A DNA stretch of 64,000 nucleotides. It comes from Poseidonia sp. Lineage in GTDB: Archaea > Thermoplasmatota > Poseidoniia > Poseidoniales > Poseidoniaceae. A program made the position numbers and the translations under genes. The notes under the pieces are model-generated. The model had not been told where the DNA came from and ran no database searches. It was given only the letters and a program-made list of their open reading frames with translations. Below are positions 17,055 to 27,846 of this stretch, in pieces. Numbering within the stretch: the stretch's first letter is position 1; every line of letters starts with the position of its first letter. The DNA is taken from the NCBI GenBank assembly GCA_965661285.1, contig CBFIDD010000003.1, forward strand, positions 192,001 through 256,000, in the 5' to 3' direction.

Positions 17055-18547
17055 CCGAGCTGGTAGAGTTCGCCGTATTTTCGCTCAACGTATCGCAAGA
17101 AGGGTTCAGGACTTGGGGGTGAGCCCGTGGCGTCTTCGATCAGTTGCGCCGGTGAAACTTGGCTGCCTCGTTGGTGGATACGGGGACGAAGCCAATCCAA
17201 CATCGGCGCCCAATCTCCAGCAGCCACGAGTTTATCGATTTCGCCCAAGTCTTCCGCCATCGCTTCCAAGAGTTGCGCTGCGTAGAGATTGCCGAGGGTG
17301 TAGGTCGGGAAATAGCCGAAGGCACCCATCGACCAGTGGATGTCTTGCAAGCAGCCCAATCGGTCTTCGGGGACCGCAATGCCAAACCAGGCCTCAAACA
17401 TGCTGTTCCAAGCGTTGGGCAAGTCATCTACATCCAGGTCGCCGTTGAACAATTGTTTCTCTATTTCATAGCGGAGCATGACGTGCAAGTTGTAGGTTAC
17501 TTCGTCAGCTTCGACTCGAATGAACCCTTTTTCCACACGGTTTGCTAATCGATTCAACTGATGCTCATCCCATTGTGGGGCATCGGGGAAATTTTCGTTA
17601 AACCAAGGCATGACGACCTTCCAAAAAGCGGGCGTCCTGCCGATCTGGTTTTCCCAAAAGCGGCTCTGAGATTCGTGAACACCCAAGGAAACAGCAGCGC
17701 CGCGTGGCGTAAATCGATGATCGTGGTCCAGGCCCTGTTCGTAAAGCGCATGCCCGGTTTCGTGCATCACGGCGTACAAGCAAGAAAACGGGTCAACCTC
17801 ATCAAATCGAGTGGTGAAACGGGTGTCGCCGGGCCACAAGCCCGCAGAGAACGGGTGCGTTGATGCGTCCATCCGTCCGGCTTCAAAATCGAAGCCCATA
17901 TGTTTTGAGACCGCCTCACAAAACGCCTTTTGGCCGGCGATGGAAAACACAAGGCCCTCGGGCATAGAGGGCTCTTCAACCCTGCTTTGTGCCGCTGTTA
18001 TGGCTTCAAGCAGCGGGACAAGCCGTTCTCGCAAACCAGCAAAGAGCGGGTCGTAATCCTCAACCGTCATGCCCACTTCGTATTCGTCGAGAAGAACATC
18101 GTAGGGCGTTGTTTGGATGCCGAGCAGGGATATTTTTTCTCGGGTGAGTTCAATCAAGCGGCGCAAACTGGGCTTGAACGCTTCAAAATCGGATGCTGAG
18201 CGAGCCGATTGCCAAGCGACGAGAGCTTCGGAACGGGCTTCGGCGAACGTTTCAACAAAGGATTTCGGCAGGCGAATCGCTTGGTCGTACGTTCGGCGCA
18301 TCTCTCGTACGTTGGCCGCTTGGTCCACATCAAGGTCCTGTCCATCGAGTTCATCGAGCAGTTCTCCCATTCGCAAGTCTGTCAGTTGTTCGTGTCGCTT
18401 CCCAGCGAGCCACGCCATCATCTCGCCACGGGACGAAGCGCCCTTTGCGGGCATGAGCACTTCTTGGTCCCAGCCAAGGTGGCCTTGAAGAGCACCGAGT
18501 CGATGGATGTCTTGAACGCGCCGAAGAAATTCTTCGTAGGTTTCCAT
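17051..18547 (-). CDS. Carboxypeptidase, M32 (Taq) family
   Basis: HPF, HETGHALYEQ, HESQSRFWEN, IRVEADE, GCLQDIHW, GYFPTYTLG. Confidence 0.95.
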   Translation of the reverse strand: METYEEFLRRVQDIHRLGALQGHLGWDQEVLMPAKGASSRGEMMAWLAGKRHEQLTDLRMGELLDELDGQDLDVDQAANVREMRRTYDQAIRLPKSFVETFAEARSEALVAWQSARSASDFEAFKPSLRRLIELTREKISLLGIQTTPYDVLLDEYEVGMTVEDYDPLFAGLRERLVPLLEAITAAQSRVEEPSMPEGLVFSIAGQKAFCEAVSKHMGFDFEAGRMDASTHPFSAGLWPGDTRFTTRFDEVDPFSCLYAVMHETGHALYEQGLDHDHRFTPRGAAVSLGVHESQSRFWENQIGRTPAFWKVVMPWFNENFPDAPQWDEHQLNRLANRVEKGFIRVEADEVTYNLHVMLRYEIEKQLFNGDLDVDDLPNAWNSMFEAWFGIAVPEDRLGCLQDIHWSMGAFGYFPTYTLGNLYAAQLLEAMAEDLGEIDKLVAAGDWAPMLDWLRPRIHQRGSQVSPAQLIEDATGSPPSPEPFLRYVERKYGELYQLG

Positions 18548-18663
18548 GCCCGGTTCAAACACCTGTGCTTCTTCAATACTCCCATAGGTCAACATGAGCA
18601 ATCTGGACAAAACGATGAAAGAAAAATGCACACATTCAAGAACATTTGAACGGTACCCGTATC

Positions 18664-19812
18664 ATGGTCCTCCCGTTCCGCCGAAAAGGCTCGGACGAGG
18701 ATGAGGACGGTGTTGTCGACAAAGATATTGAAGACATCATGAACGAGGCCGAGGGCCTAGGTGATGCCTCTGGGATCACGCTCCCGGAAACGCCTGATGA
18801 AGGCGGCGATGAGGGCGAAATGGACCCCGCCGAAAAGATGGCCAACAGCGCACGAACCGTGATTGACACGTGCATGGACGTCCGTCGTGGAGAAAACATC
18901 CTCATCATCTGTGACCCAACCACGACGGAAATCGGGCAGGCCTTGCACGATGCCGCAAGCCTCCGTTCAGACCGTGTGCTCCTCGTGGTCATGCCGAAGG
19001 GCCGCCACCACGGGGATGAACCACCAACGCCCGTGGCCAACCTCATGCGACAACAACAGGTCGTCATCGCCCCTACTCGATATTCGCTCACGCACACCAA
19101 GGCCGTTCGCTTGGCGCTCAAAGACGGATGCAGGGTCGCAACGATGCCAGGGATGACGGCAGAGATGTTCACGGTTGGAGGCATGTCGGCCGACTTCAAC
19201 ATCATCAAGAAAAACATCGGCGAGATGAACAACCTTCTGCGACGAAAGCGCATCATCAACATCAAGTCAGAGACGGGCACAAACGTGACGTTTGAAGTCA
19301 ACTGGCGAGAGTGGAAACTGGACGATAACGGTATCTGCAACCGTCCACGCATGCTTACCAACCTTCCGGCTGGCAAGATCTTCACGCTCCCTCGAGAAGG
19401 AACGATGAACGGGACCATCGTGATTGACGGGTCCTGGGATTCTGACCTTGTCGATGAACCGGTGGTGCTTCAAGTTGAAAACGGCCTCGTGGTCGATGTC
19501 AAGGGTGGAACGGCAGCAGCACAGATCCGTCAAACCTTCGGAGAGGCCGCCAAACGCCTCAAGAGCAGGGACCAAGAAAACGTCTGGACCATTGCAGAAT
19601 TCGGATTCGGCATGAACCCCAATGCACGTGTCACCGGAAACGTTCTGGAAGATGAGAAACGCTTGGGAACCGCCTATTTTTCGATTGGCGACAACACAAG
19701 ACTCGGGGGCTCTGCTGCTGTTGGCATCCAAATCTCGGGCGTTCTTGAACAGCCGAGTATTTGGATGGACGAAACCTTGTTGTTTGAAAAAGGGCAATTC
19801 GTTGCCCATTAA
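18664..19812 (+). CDS. Aminopeptidase (M29 / AmpS-like) with acidic N-terminal extension
   Basis: SLTHT, ATMPG, NLPAGKIF, GTIVIDG, IAEFGFGMNP, LEDEKRLGT. Confidence 0.8.
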   Translation: MVLPFRRKGSDEDEDGVVDKDIEDIMNEAEGLGDASGITLPETPDEGGDEGEMDPAEKMANSARTVIDTCMDVRRGENILIICDPTTTEIGQALHDAASLRSDRVLLVVMPKGRHHGDEPPTPVANLMRQQQVVIAPTRYSLTHTKAVRLALKDGCRVATMPGMTAEMFTVGGMSADFNIIKKNIGEMNNLLRRKRIINIKSETGTNVTFEVNWREWKLDDNGICNRPRMLTNLPAGKIFTLPREGTMNGTIVIDGSWDSDLVDEPVVLQVENGLVVDVKGGTAAAQIRQTFGEAAKRLKSRDQENVWTIAEFGFGMNPNARVTGNVLEDEKRLGTAYFSIGDNTRLGGSAAVGIQISGVLEQPSIWMDETLLFEKGQFVAH

Positions 19813-19815
19813 TCC

Positions 19816-21306
19816 TCAATATCCGAGGTTTTGTTGGCCGCATACCGGGCAGAACCGCCAGTACGGGTCCAATCCTATTCCACAACCTCGGCAGTGCACA
19901 CCGGAGCGAATCGTGGGCTGAACCACCGGTGCTTGCTTGCGAGGCCACCTCTGTTGCGGCGGCTGATGTTGTGGCCATCCCTGCTGCGGCGGTTGTTGCT
20001 GTTGCCATGGCTGTTGTGGCAACGGTTGAGGGCGTTGTTGTGGAGAGGGTTGCTGAGCAGCCGGCTGTTGGGGTTTGGGTTGTTGCTTGCCTGATAGGGG
20101 CCGGCGAACAGGAGCCACGGGCTTCGGGAGAGAAGCGGTCTTTTCTGCAGCAGGGGACGCAATGAACTCCGACAAGGATACAACGCCGTCCCCATCGGTA
20201 TCGGCTTCTGCGTGGAGTTCGGCTGCCTCATCAAGGCTGGTTCCGGTGGCTTGGGCCAGTTCTTCAACGTCCAAGGCACCGCTGCCGTCTTCGTCAGCGG
20301 CGATGAAATGTTCTGCGGCGCTCACGAATTCGTCATCTTCCCCCCCGGTTTCCGAAACTGGTTCTTCCACTGGTGCCACAGGAGCAGGCGTTGCGGGCTG
20401 TTCTTCTGTGATCAACTCGGAACTGAAGGCGCCCGAAAAGGCATCTTGCGTCGCTTTCGCAACCTGTTTCTCGCTCTCAATGTTCAACTCCGGTTCGGCC
20501 GTCTCGGTTTCCGGAACCTCTGGCAACGCCACCCCGCCGCTTGGTAGTGGAACCGGAACGCTCGTGGCTGGCTCGGGGGTTGAGGTTGGGAGCGGGACTG
20601 GATCGGGAGTGAAACCAACTGGCGCTGGTTCCGGTTTGGGCGGAGCGGGGGAGGGGGTTGATTCCCCTGCTGGTGTTGCCGGCAGGGGCGTCGCTTCAGG
20701 GACATCAACGCTGTCTGCCGAGGCGGAGCTGCTGGCCAAACTTCCAACGGGAAGAACATGACCGGCCACATCCAGAGCGGCATCCAATTCCTTGTTGATG
20801 GCCACCAAGGCGTCCACGGACCCTGCCACGTTATTGAGCAGTCCCTCAACGGCATTGAGGTAGTTGAGAACTTCATCCTTCGCCCCTGTTTGATACGCCA
20901 CCGCAAAGAGTTTCATCATGCGCATGGGGTCTGCGAGTTGCTCGAGAGAAGTGCGTTGTTCAGCGGCCAATCCACTCAATGCGTCCGCTCCGGCTTCGCC
21001 GGATGAATCCGGCATACCCAACGCCTGCAAAACAGGGTCTGGCATGCTCATCAAACCGAGATGGCCGGCCACGAGGTAGTAGATTTCACCGCCCTCGCAC
21101 TGCATGCGCTCACTCGCTGCTTCGAAGTCAAAGTCGCCCGGGCGGAGCACAATATCGGAGAGTAATTCGAAAAATTGAACCATGGCCTCATCTCGAGGCA
21201 TCGCCATCATTGCATGGAGAACGTCGCTGGATTCTGTAACGCCAAAATAAGCCGCTGCATCATCGACCTCAATTTGAGAGGTGGAGGGCGTGTTCTCGTC
21301 CGACAT
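19816..21306 (-). CDS. Cytoplasmic protein with Pro-rich linkers, an EF-hand pair and a C-terminal zinc ribbon
   Basis: EF loops DEDGSGALDVEE and DTDGDGVVSLSE; CRGC...CPVC; start ATG 21306 after GGAGGG. Confidence 0.75.
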   Translation of the reverse strand: MSDENTPSTSQIEVDDAAAYFGVTESSDVLHAMMAMPRDEAMVQFFELLSDIVLRPGDFDFEAASERMQCEGGEIYYLVAGHLGLMSMPDPVLQALGMPDSSGEAGADALSGLAAEQRTSLEQLADPMRMMKLFAVAYQTGAKDEVLNYLNAVEGLLNNVAGSVDALVAINKELDAALDVAGHVLPVGSLASSSASADSVDVPEATPLPATPAGESTPSPAPPKPEPAPVGFTPDPVPLPTSTPEPATSVPVPLPSGGVALPEVPETETAEPELNIESEKQVAKATQDAFSGAFSSELITEEQPATPAPVAPVEEPVSETGGEDDEFVSAAEHFIAADEDGSGALDVEELAQATGTSLDEAAELHAEADTDGDGVVSLSEFIASPAAEKTASLPKPVAPVRRPLSGKQQPKPQQPAAQQPSPQQRPQPLPQQPWQQQQPPQQGWPQHQPPQQRWPRKQAPVVQPTIRSGVHCRGCGIGLDPYWRFCPVCGQQNLGY

Positions 21307-21364
21307 CCATGACCCTCCCTTTTCTCTCCACCGTTGACACCCATTTAAGCCCTCATGACCGTCG

Positions 21365-24300
21365 TCAAGACCGCTTATTTTTTGCAAGGTTGCAAATCGC
21401 CCGAGATTGTTCTGCAGTCCATCCGGTTTCCTGAAGTTGCATCAACATCGTTCGTTCCTGTTCTCCATCCGTCATCGCTCCAACAACCCAATCCACAGCA
21501 GCCTCTCTATCATCGGCTTGCCAGTCCTCAAAGATGCTCAAGTCGACGGTGATTTTCGCTTTGCGAACCTTTGGTGAGGGCGAATCTTCGTCGTTCTGAA
21601 CGACCTTCTTTCTGCTCGCCTTCTTTGGCGCAGGTGCTTTCGTTGAAGCCGGCGGTGTGTTGGGGCCCCGTCGTGGTGGCCCACCAGGACCACGCTTTGT
21701 GGGGCCGCCGGATTGGCGAGCTGGTGACGAGGTGGGGCCGGGCCCGGAAGGCCCTGAACGTCGGCTCGGTGCCGTACGCTCAGGCATGGCTCGAGAACGG
21801 GTCGGAGGAGCAGCAGTTTTCCGGTCGAAGCGATCGAGGAAATTGTCTTCATCATCATCGTCATCGCCAAAGAAATCGGCGTAGTCGTCATCCTCATCGT
21901 CGTCATCATCGCCTCTTCGCATGACCCGTACAATCACCAGCGTCAAGAGAAGGAACGCACCAAGACCGCCGAGTGCGAGCATCACGATGCCTGCATCAAC
22001 GCCAAGGAGGCCTTCCTCACCATCACCAGAGGCGGGGATGTAAGGGCAGCCGTCATCGTAGCCGTCAACGCCTTTGGGGTCGTTGGGGCAGTTGTCGGAA
22101 TCGTCCATGACGCCGTCAAAGTCGGAATCTCGCTCTGAAATATGGCAACCTTCCTCGTCGACCTGAAGACCGAGCCTTGTCTTCGGACAGAGGTCGGGGT
22201 TGGTTGCTCCGATCACGAACTGGCCCGGCCAAGAGGCATTCCTGGTGGTGTTCCACGAAGATTCGCCCCAGTTGTCACCGTATCCATCGCCGTCGGTGTC
22301 CTTCCATTGGGTTGCATCTGTCGGCCATACATCGGAATCGTTGCCTGCTGGGTTGTCTCCATACCCGTCGCCGTCACGGTCAAACCACTGTGTCGAATCT
22401 CTTGGGAATGCATCACCCTGCTCGTTGATAATCTCGCCGGTGCTCTCATCCAAGCCATAGGTGTAGCGTCCTGTGTACCCGTCGCCATCGAGATCAACAT
22501 CCAAAGCGTCTTCGTCAGTGCAACCGTTCGGAAGGATAGGGAAGTCTTGGGGCGTATCATTACAGTCATCCTCAACGTCCAAAATACCATCACCATCACT
22601 ATCTCGTTGGCTTTCCGAACACCCGTTTTCATCCACAAGATCACCAAGACCGGTTTTGGGACAGGTATCTTCGGGGTCGTTCACGCCGTCAGAATCCGAG
22701 TCCAAGGTTCGTTGTTCAGGGGTGCAGCCATCCGCATCAACGGTGACCCCGGTTGGTGTCTCGGGGCACAGATCTGCATTGTTCTTTATGCCGTCATCAT
22801 CATCGTCCAGCTCGGATTGTGAGCACCCCTGCTCGTTCACCGGTTCGCCTTGGGGTGTGGTTGGACAACGCGTATCAAGTTCATTGATGATGCCGTCGCC
22901 GTCGTTATCGGCAGCGTCGATCACTCGACACCCAATCCCGTTTGTCCCGTTGAGGACACCGGGTTCTACAGGACACCGGTCGCCTTCCACACCCGTGGGA
23001 TTATCCCCAAACCCATCGCCGTCCCTGTCTCGCGATTGTGTCTTTTCGTACGGAAGAGCATCACCGAGTTCGTTGATGCGCAGACCTGTCTCTTGATCGA
23101 GGTCGTATGTGTACGCATCCGTGTACCCATCACCGTCCGCATCTGGACACCCGTAGACCGAGTCAGACAGACTTTGACGCGTTGAGTTGCCCCAAACCGT
23201 AGGGCACGCATCGAGTTCAATTCCTTGCTTGTAGGAGGTCTTCGGGAAGGCCACAGCTTGCTGCTCCTCATCGCATCCATTCGCACCGATCTCGAGGGAC
23301 GTGTTCGAATCAACGCAAATATCGATCAGATTCATCACGCCGTCGCTGTCGTCATCCATGCTGACGAAGGCCGTCCAATTATCGGCGTAACCGTCGTTGT
23401 CGGTATCGTTTGCTGCCGCTTTACGAAGTGGGAAACGGTCCGGGTTGGTAGCGTTTTCAGATTGATTGTCGCCGTACCCATCGCCATCCGAATCTTTCCA
23501 TTGCGTGGAGTCCTGCGGCCACAAATCGGCCCCACTTGTGCCGTTCCACTCAAAGATGGTACCTTCGTCCGACGGGTCGCTTGCACCATCACCATCGCTA
23601 TCGAGACAACCGTTTCGATCTCGATATGAGGTGCCGAAATTGAACGGACAATAATCGCCGTACACAAGATCTGTGTCGTTGTCGCCGTAGCCATCACCGT
23701 CGTAATCGCTGTTTTGTGTTGGAAGGTGAGGGAACAGGTCACCGTTGCCGGCATTCGGGTCCAAAACAGTCGCACAGCAGTCGACGCCGTGGTTATCGGG
23801 CACGCCATCCCCATCGGAATCACGCGCTTGTTTCCAGTTAGAATAGTAGCCATCGCCGTTAAGATAACCCTGAAGATTGTCCGACCAACCGTCCTGATCA
23901 CGGTCTTCGCATCCAAAGCGGTCGATCCAAGACGTCCCACCCTCATCATCGCATCCATCAATATCGTCGCGGAAACCGTCGGTGTCGAAATCTGCGCATC
24001 CTTGCAAAACATAGGCAGAGGTCCCTGCCGACGTTGGACAAGCATCAGGGAGGGGGCCCAGCGGATTATCACCGTAGGCGTCACCATCGCTGTTTTTCCA
24101 TTGATTGCCTACCGTTGGCATGGCATCGATCAGGTCGAACACCAAGTCTCTGTCCTGGTCAGCATAGAGACGAAGCACGACCACATCGTCATCCACCGTT
24201 TCCCAATACGCCATCTGAACGCTACCGTTGCTGTCGAGCACGGCGTTCACAGGTTCGTTAGCAATGATATTCCCGAACGAAACCGACATCCACTGTGCAT

Positions 24301-27300
24301 CAGGATGTGAACGGTTGATCTCGAGCGTATTGACGGTGAGCTGATGGGTGATGGGGTCACTGGTTAACAGGAGCAGGTGGTCGCCGAGGTGAACGATGTC
24401 CCACGCACCGTTCACAGCGGCATCTGGTCGTTCTGCCAGCGAGACCCAAACGCCCGTCTCATTGAGTCCCAATATGGATGTGGCTGCGTTGCCGCGAACG
24501 GCCAAGACAGGGTTATCGCCACCTGCGAGATCAAGACGGAATTCATTGGATGTACCACTCGGCTGTGGAACGGTATGTTCGTGCCATTCGCTGCTTCCAG
24601 GCCATAACTCGTAAGCACTCAGCGAGCCATCCACGGTGAGGCTTGCGAGGAGAAGGGAGCCGTTCGAGAGTGTCGTGAGTTGAAGTTCGCCGTTCAAATC
24701 GGAATGGTTCGTGATGTTATGACGGAACAAGGCAGTCCCGTCGTAAACCCACACGGCGAGATGCGTTCCGCTTTGGTTGGAGGCAACGAGGCCAACGGCG
24801 ATGGAGTCGTTGGAAAGGACGGTGGTCGGATGTTGCTTTGAGACTGCTTCGCCTTCTTCGCCCAAGGCAGTGAGCGACCAACTGGAACCGCCCACAGCCA
24901 ATTCCAACTGGCCAGTGGCATCGTGGCGGTAAACCAGATGAGGGATGTTTTGGCTGTCGACATTCACTTCAATGGCAGCTGCAAGGTTTGCGCTGTTCCT
25001 CACCAGATCGGTTGACCAACCCGTCCCCGTTTGGGTGGCGACATAAATTTGGTTTCCACCTCCCGATGTGTAAGCAAGGACCTGCTCGTTCGCTGTGGTC
25101 GTCGAGGACCCCAACCACTGCCCCATTGTTCCGGTGGTGACGACGTCTTGTTGTAAGGCCGTCATTGAGGAGGTGGTGTGCAACACCATGGAGGTTCTGT
25201 TTTCAACCAAAAGAACGGGCTGCCCTGAGGAACGAACCCCAAAGGCGATGCCAGGGTGGTCTGTGGTTGAGCTGGCTATGGTTTGGTCCACCCACTCGCC
25301 TGATGGGGTCCCGTCGTACATGTGTTCAATTTTCGAAACATGGTACTGAAGTGAATCGGCATGGGTGAACACCATGCTGGTTTCGCCGCGCGCAGCCGTA
25401 CCAAGTTCAAGTTCGTGCAACGTGCCTTGCTTCTCAAACATGATCGACTCCCAATCGCGCTCGCTGAGATGCACGTAATCCAGGCCGTAGTTTTCACCAC
25501 GGGCCGACGAACGAATCGAATAAATCAGATCACCCAAGCCGTCTCCATCCACATCCCCGCTACTTGCAAGACGTTTGCCAAGGTGTTCGTTGCTGTTGCC
25601 CTCTGCCAGAAGCTCACGGCTTTCGCTCAACCCATCAGCAGAACCAAGGAAGATTTCAACGCGTCCAGAGGATGAACCCATGCGACTCGAAACATAGACA
25701 TCGTCGAATCCATCTTGATTGATATCACCAGCAGCAGCAACGGCCTCACCCACGCGAGTGCCTGACGTTGTTGGCTCAAACTGCCAGTCGGGACTGCCCG
25801 GCAAGGCGGCGTTCGTCCCTTCAAACAACCAAAGCACACCCGAACCAAAGGTGCCGGTGCTGTTGAGAGGTTCGGTAATGATGTGTTCATCATATCCGTC
25901 GCCGTTGACGTCGCCGACGCACGCAATATCCAACCCGAAGAGCTTGGCTTGGGAAAGAGGAGCAAGGGTATGGTCCGGCGTACCGTCGTAGCCTGTTGTT
26001 GAGCCGTAGAAATATTCTATCGAAGAAAACGACAGCGGCTCTTCGAGAGAGCCAGTGTTACCGACGATGAGTTCATCATAACCGTCGTTATTGATGTCGC
26101 AACCTTCCAGAGAGCGACCAAACAAGTTCCCCTGTTCGCTTTGGGTGATGTTTCGCAAAGGATCCAATCCCGTTTCATCGGTTGAATACAGGTTGACTTT
26201 TCCATTGTTCGTTTGATTCGAGCTGACCTGCAGGGAATAATTTCGTGCCCCTACAGCGAGATAGTCCCCCCCTGCAGCGTTGTTGAGCGATTCTACCTCG
26301 CTGCCCAGCGATTCGCTGTCAGTGCCAACCACGGTGGCCCATGGCGTGGTCGCCATGCCGGAAACCTGACCCAAGAAAATGTGAACCTGGCCGTGTCTCG
26401 CTTCGCTGGCGTTGGATGGCCCCCACCCGGGTTCACCAACCACCAAATCAGAAATACCGTCATCATTGAAATCGCCGTGGTCAACATCAGACCCGTACTG
26501 AGCGCCATCGACCTCACCCGTGAGGGTGATGCTTGGGGCAGGAGAAAGACCGCCTGAGGATCCGTAGTAAATGTCAACCCGGCCGTTGTCAATGCGTGTG
26601 GGCCCGTCGGCATGAGGTGTGGCAACCACGAGATCATCAAAGCCATCGTGGTTGATGTCGATGAGAAGGAGTGTACCTTCTTCTTCGTCCGCTTCGCCTT
26701 GAAGGACGGACTTGGGCGTTGGATCGACACGACCTGTGTCTTGGCCGATGAGCGAACGAATGAGGTTGAGCGTAAAGGTTGAGCCGGTTTGCGTCGCCGA
26801 GACCACCTGTCCAATGTTGTTCCCATCGAGGTCCATGCCCAGAGCATCGATGAGTTCTTCATGCTCAAACAAAATATGCGTCTCATGCTGCGTCCCGTTG
26901 ACTTGGAGAAGTACAACCTCTCCGTCGTTAATCCTTGAATAGAGGACATGCGCAACACCGTCCTCGTCCATCTCGAGTTCAAAATCTTGGCCTACAGGGC
27001 CCTCATCAAGGACAGCGCTGGTCCAATATGTCCCTGTGAAGTTGACCCGGTGAAGCGCCCCTGTTGCCGTTCGCATCAAGCCCCACTCAACGCCCTCGGG
27101 AGTGATTTCAAGCGCCAAATTCGTCGGGTTGACGTCTTCCATGATGGTACGGGTGTGCCAGCGTGCACCGTCCCAGTAGGTTGGGCTTTCAAACGCATAT
27201 CGCCCCATTTTCAAATCCGGACCGTCGGCGTACAGCACTCTGGGCCTTTCGTTTGCGGTGATAGCGATGGCACAATCCACCAATTCGGAGGAGTTGGAGG

Positions 27301-27724
27301 AGGCAACCGTGTCGACCAGTGTTGTTGACCACTGACCGTTGGGTCGATGAATGGCCGTGCGAACCGGCCCTTCTTCCGTGCTCCAGCAGTAATGCTCTTT
27401 GTCGTACCGTGTCAGCTTCACGTCCGGCGTCCCGTGATGTTCGGTACTGGAGGTATTGAATGCCGTCGAGACCCACATGTCAAACATGGATTCTTCACGA
27501 ACACTCGCTTGAACCAAGCCGTCCACGTCAAGCGTGGTCGAGCCGATATCGTGTCCATAACCGGACGCCAAGCCGTAGGGCGCTGTGTTCAGGACACCCG
27601 TGTCTTCGGCCAATGTGTCCTCAGCAGATTCCTGAGCCAACATCGGTGCCCAGAGCGAAGCGACGAAGAGCAGAACGAGCAGAGTGCTCTTGAATTGAAG
27701 ATTCTGAACTTTGCCGCCCGCCAT
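21365..27724 (-). CDS. Giant (about 2100 aa) single-pass surface protein: beta-propeller repeats, FG-GAP (integrin-alpha-like) repeats, TSP3-like Ca-binding repeats, TM and cytoplasmic tail
   Basis: Signal peptide; repeated GD(I/V/F)NxDGxDDLxVG...GxVxIFxG; many DxDxDGxxD..C/FP repeats; TM AGIVMLALGG...VIVRVMRR. Confidence 0.85.
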   Translation of the reverse strand: MAGGKVQNLQFKSTLLVLLFVASLWAPMLAQESAEDTLAEDTGVLNTAPYGLASGYGHDIGSTTLDVDGLVQASVREESMFDMWVSTAFNTSSTEHHGTPDVKLTRYDKEHYCWSTEEGPVRTAIHRPNGQWSTTLVDTVASSNSSELVDCAIAITANERPRVLYADGPDLKMGRYAFESPTYWDGARWHTRTIMEDVNPTNLALEITPEGVEWGLMRTATGALHRVNFTGTYWTSAVLDEGPVGQDFELEMDEDGVAHVLYSRINDGEVVLLQVNGTQHETHILFEHEELIDALGMDLDGNNIGQVVSATQTGSTFTLNLIRSLIGQDTGRVDPTPKSVLQGEADEEEGTLLLIDINHDGFDDLVVATPHADGPTRIDNGRVDIYYGSSGGLSPAPSITLTGEVDGAQYGSDVDHGDFNDDGISDLVVGEPGWGPSNASEARHGQVHIFLGQVSGMATTPWATVVGTDSESLGSEVESLNNAAGGDYLAVGARNYSLQVSSNQTNNGKVNLYSTDETGLDPLRNITQSEQGNLFGRSLEGCDINNDGYDELIVGNTGSLEEPLSFSSIEYFYGSTTGYDGTPDHTLAPLSQAKLFGLDIACVGDVNGDGYDEHIITEPLNSTGTFGSGVLWLFEGTNAALPGSPDWQFEPTTSGTRVGEAVAAAGDINQDGFDDVYVSSRMGSSSGRVEIFLGSADGLSESRELLAEGNSNEHLGKRLASSGDVDGDGLGDLIYSIRSSARGENYGLDYVHLSERDWESIMFEKQGTLHELELGTAARGETSMVFTHADSLQYHVSKIEHMYDGTPSGEWVDQTIASSTTDHPGIAFGVRSSGQPVLLVENRTSMVLHTTSSMTALQQDVVTTGTMGQWLGSSTTTANEQVLAYTSGGGNQIYVATQTGTGWSTDLVRNSANLAAAIEVNVDSQNIPHLVYRHDATGQLELAVGGSSWSLTALGEEGEAVSKQHPTTVLSNDSIAVGLVASNQSGTHLAVWVYDGTALFRHNITNHSDLNGELQLTTLSNGSLLLASLTVDGSLSAYELWPGSSEWHEHTVPQPSGTSNEFRLDLAGGDNPVLAVRGNAATSILGLNETGVWVSLAERPDAAVNGAWDIVHLGDHLLLLTSDPITHQLTVNTLEINRSHPDAQWMSVSFGNIIANEPVNAVLDSNGSVQMAYWETVDDDVVVLRLYADQDRDLVFDLIDAMPTVGNQWKNSDGDAYGDNPLGPLPDACPTSAGTSAYVLQGCADFDTDGFRDDIDGCDDEGGTSWIDRFGCEDRDQDGWSDNLQGYLNGDGYYSNWKQARDSDGDGVPDNHGVDCCATVLDPNAGNGDLFPHLPTQNSDYDGDGYGDNDTDLVYGDYCPFNFGTSYRDRNGCLDSDGDGASDPSDEGTIFEWNGTSGADLWPQDSTQWKDSDGDGYGDNQSENATNPDRFPLRKAAANDTDNDGYADNWTAFVSMDDDSDGVMNLIDICVDSNTSLEIGANGCDEEQQAVAFPKTSYKQGIELDACPTVWGNSTRQSLSDSVYGCPDADGDGYTDAYTYDLDQETGLRINELGDALPYEKTQSRDRDGDGFGDNPTGVEGDRCPVEPGVLNGTNGIGCRVIDAADNDGDGIINELDTRCPTTPQGEPVNEQGCSQSELDDDDDGIKNNADLCPETPTGVTVDADGCTPEQRTLDSDSDGVNDPEDTCPKTGLGDLVDENGCSESQRDSDGDGILDVEDDCNDTPQDFPILPNGCTDEDALDVDLDGDGYTGRYTYGLDESTGEIINEQGDAFPRDSTQWFDRDGDGYGDNPAGNDSDVWPTDATQWKDTDGDGYGDNWGESSWNTTRNASWPGQFVIGATNPDLCPKTRLGLQVDEEGCHISERDSDFDGVMDDSDNCPNDPKGVDGYDDGCPYIPASGDGEEGLLGVDAGIVMLALGGLGAFLLLTLVIVRVMRRGDDDDDEDDDYADFFGDDDDDEDNFLDRFDRKTAAPPTRSRAMPERTAPSRRSGPSGPGPTSSPARQSGGPTKRGPGGPPRRGPNTPPASTKAPAPKKASRKKVVQNDEDSPSPKVRKAKITVDLSIFEDWQADDREAAVDWVVGAMTDGEQERTMLMQLQETGWTAEQSRAICNLAKNKRS

Positions 27725-27771
27725 GGCTCTAGCACAGCCCCCGACATAGAAAATCATTGTTCAGCCAAGAC

Positions 27772-27790
27772 TGACCCCCTAAGGGGGTCA
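27772..27790. other. Short inverted repeat TGACCCCC-TAA-GGGGGTCA in a divergent intergenic region
   Basis: Perfect 8-bp arms with a 3-nt loop. Confidence 0.5.
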
Positions 27791-27846
27791 AATCCTTCAT
27801 TTCCATGACCGTTGGGTTGAGATAGGAACAACGCTTCTCGACGTCC

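Noticed and set aside
27725-27846. TPP riboswitch upstream of thiN
   Set aside because: The conserved CUGAGA and ACCUGA cores in the proper arrangement were not found; only a short hairpin is present.
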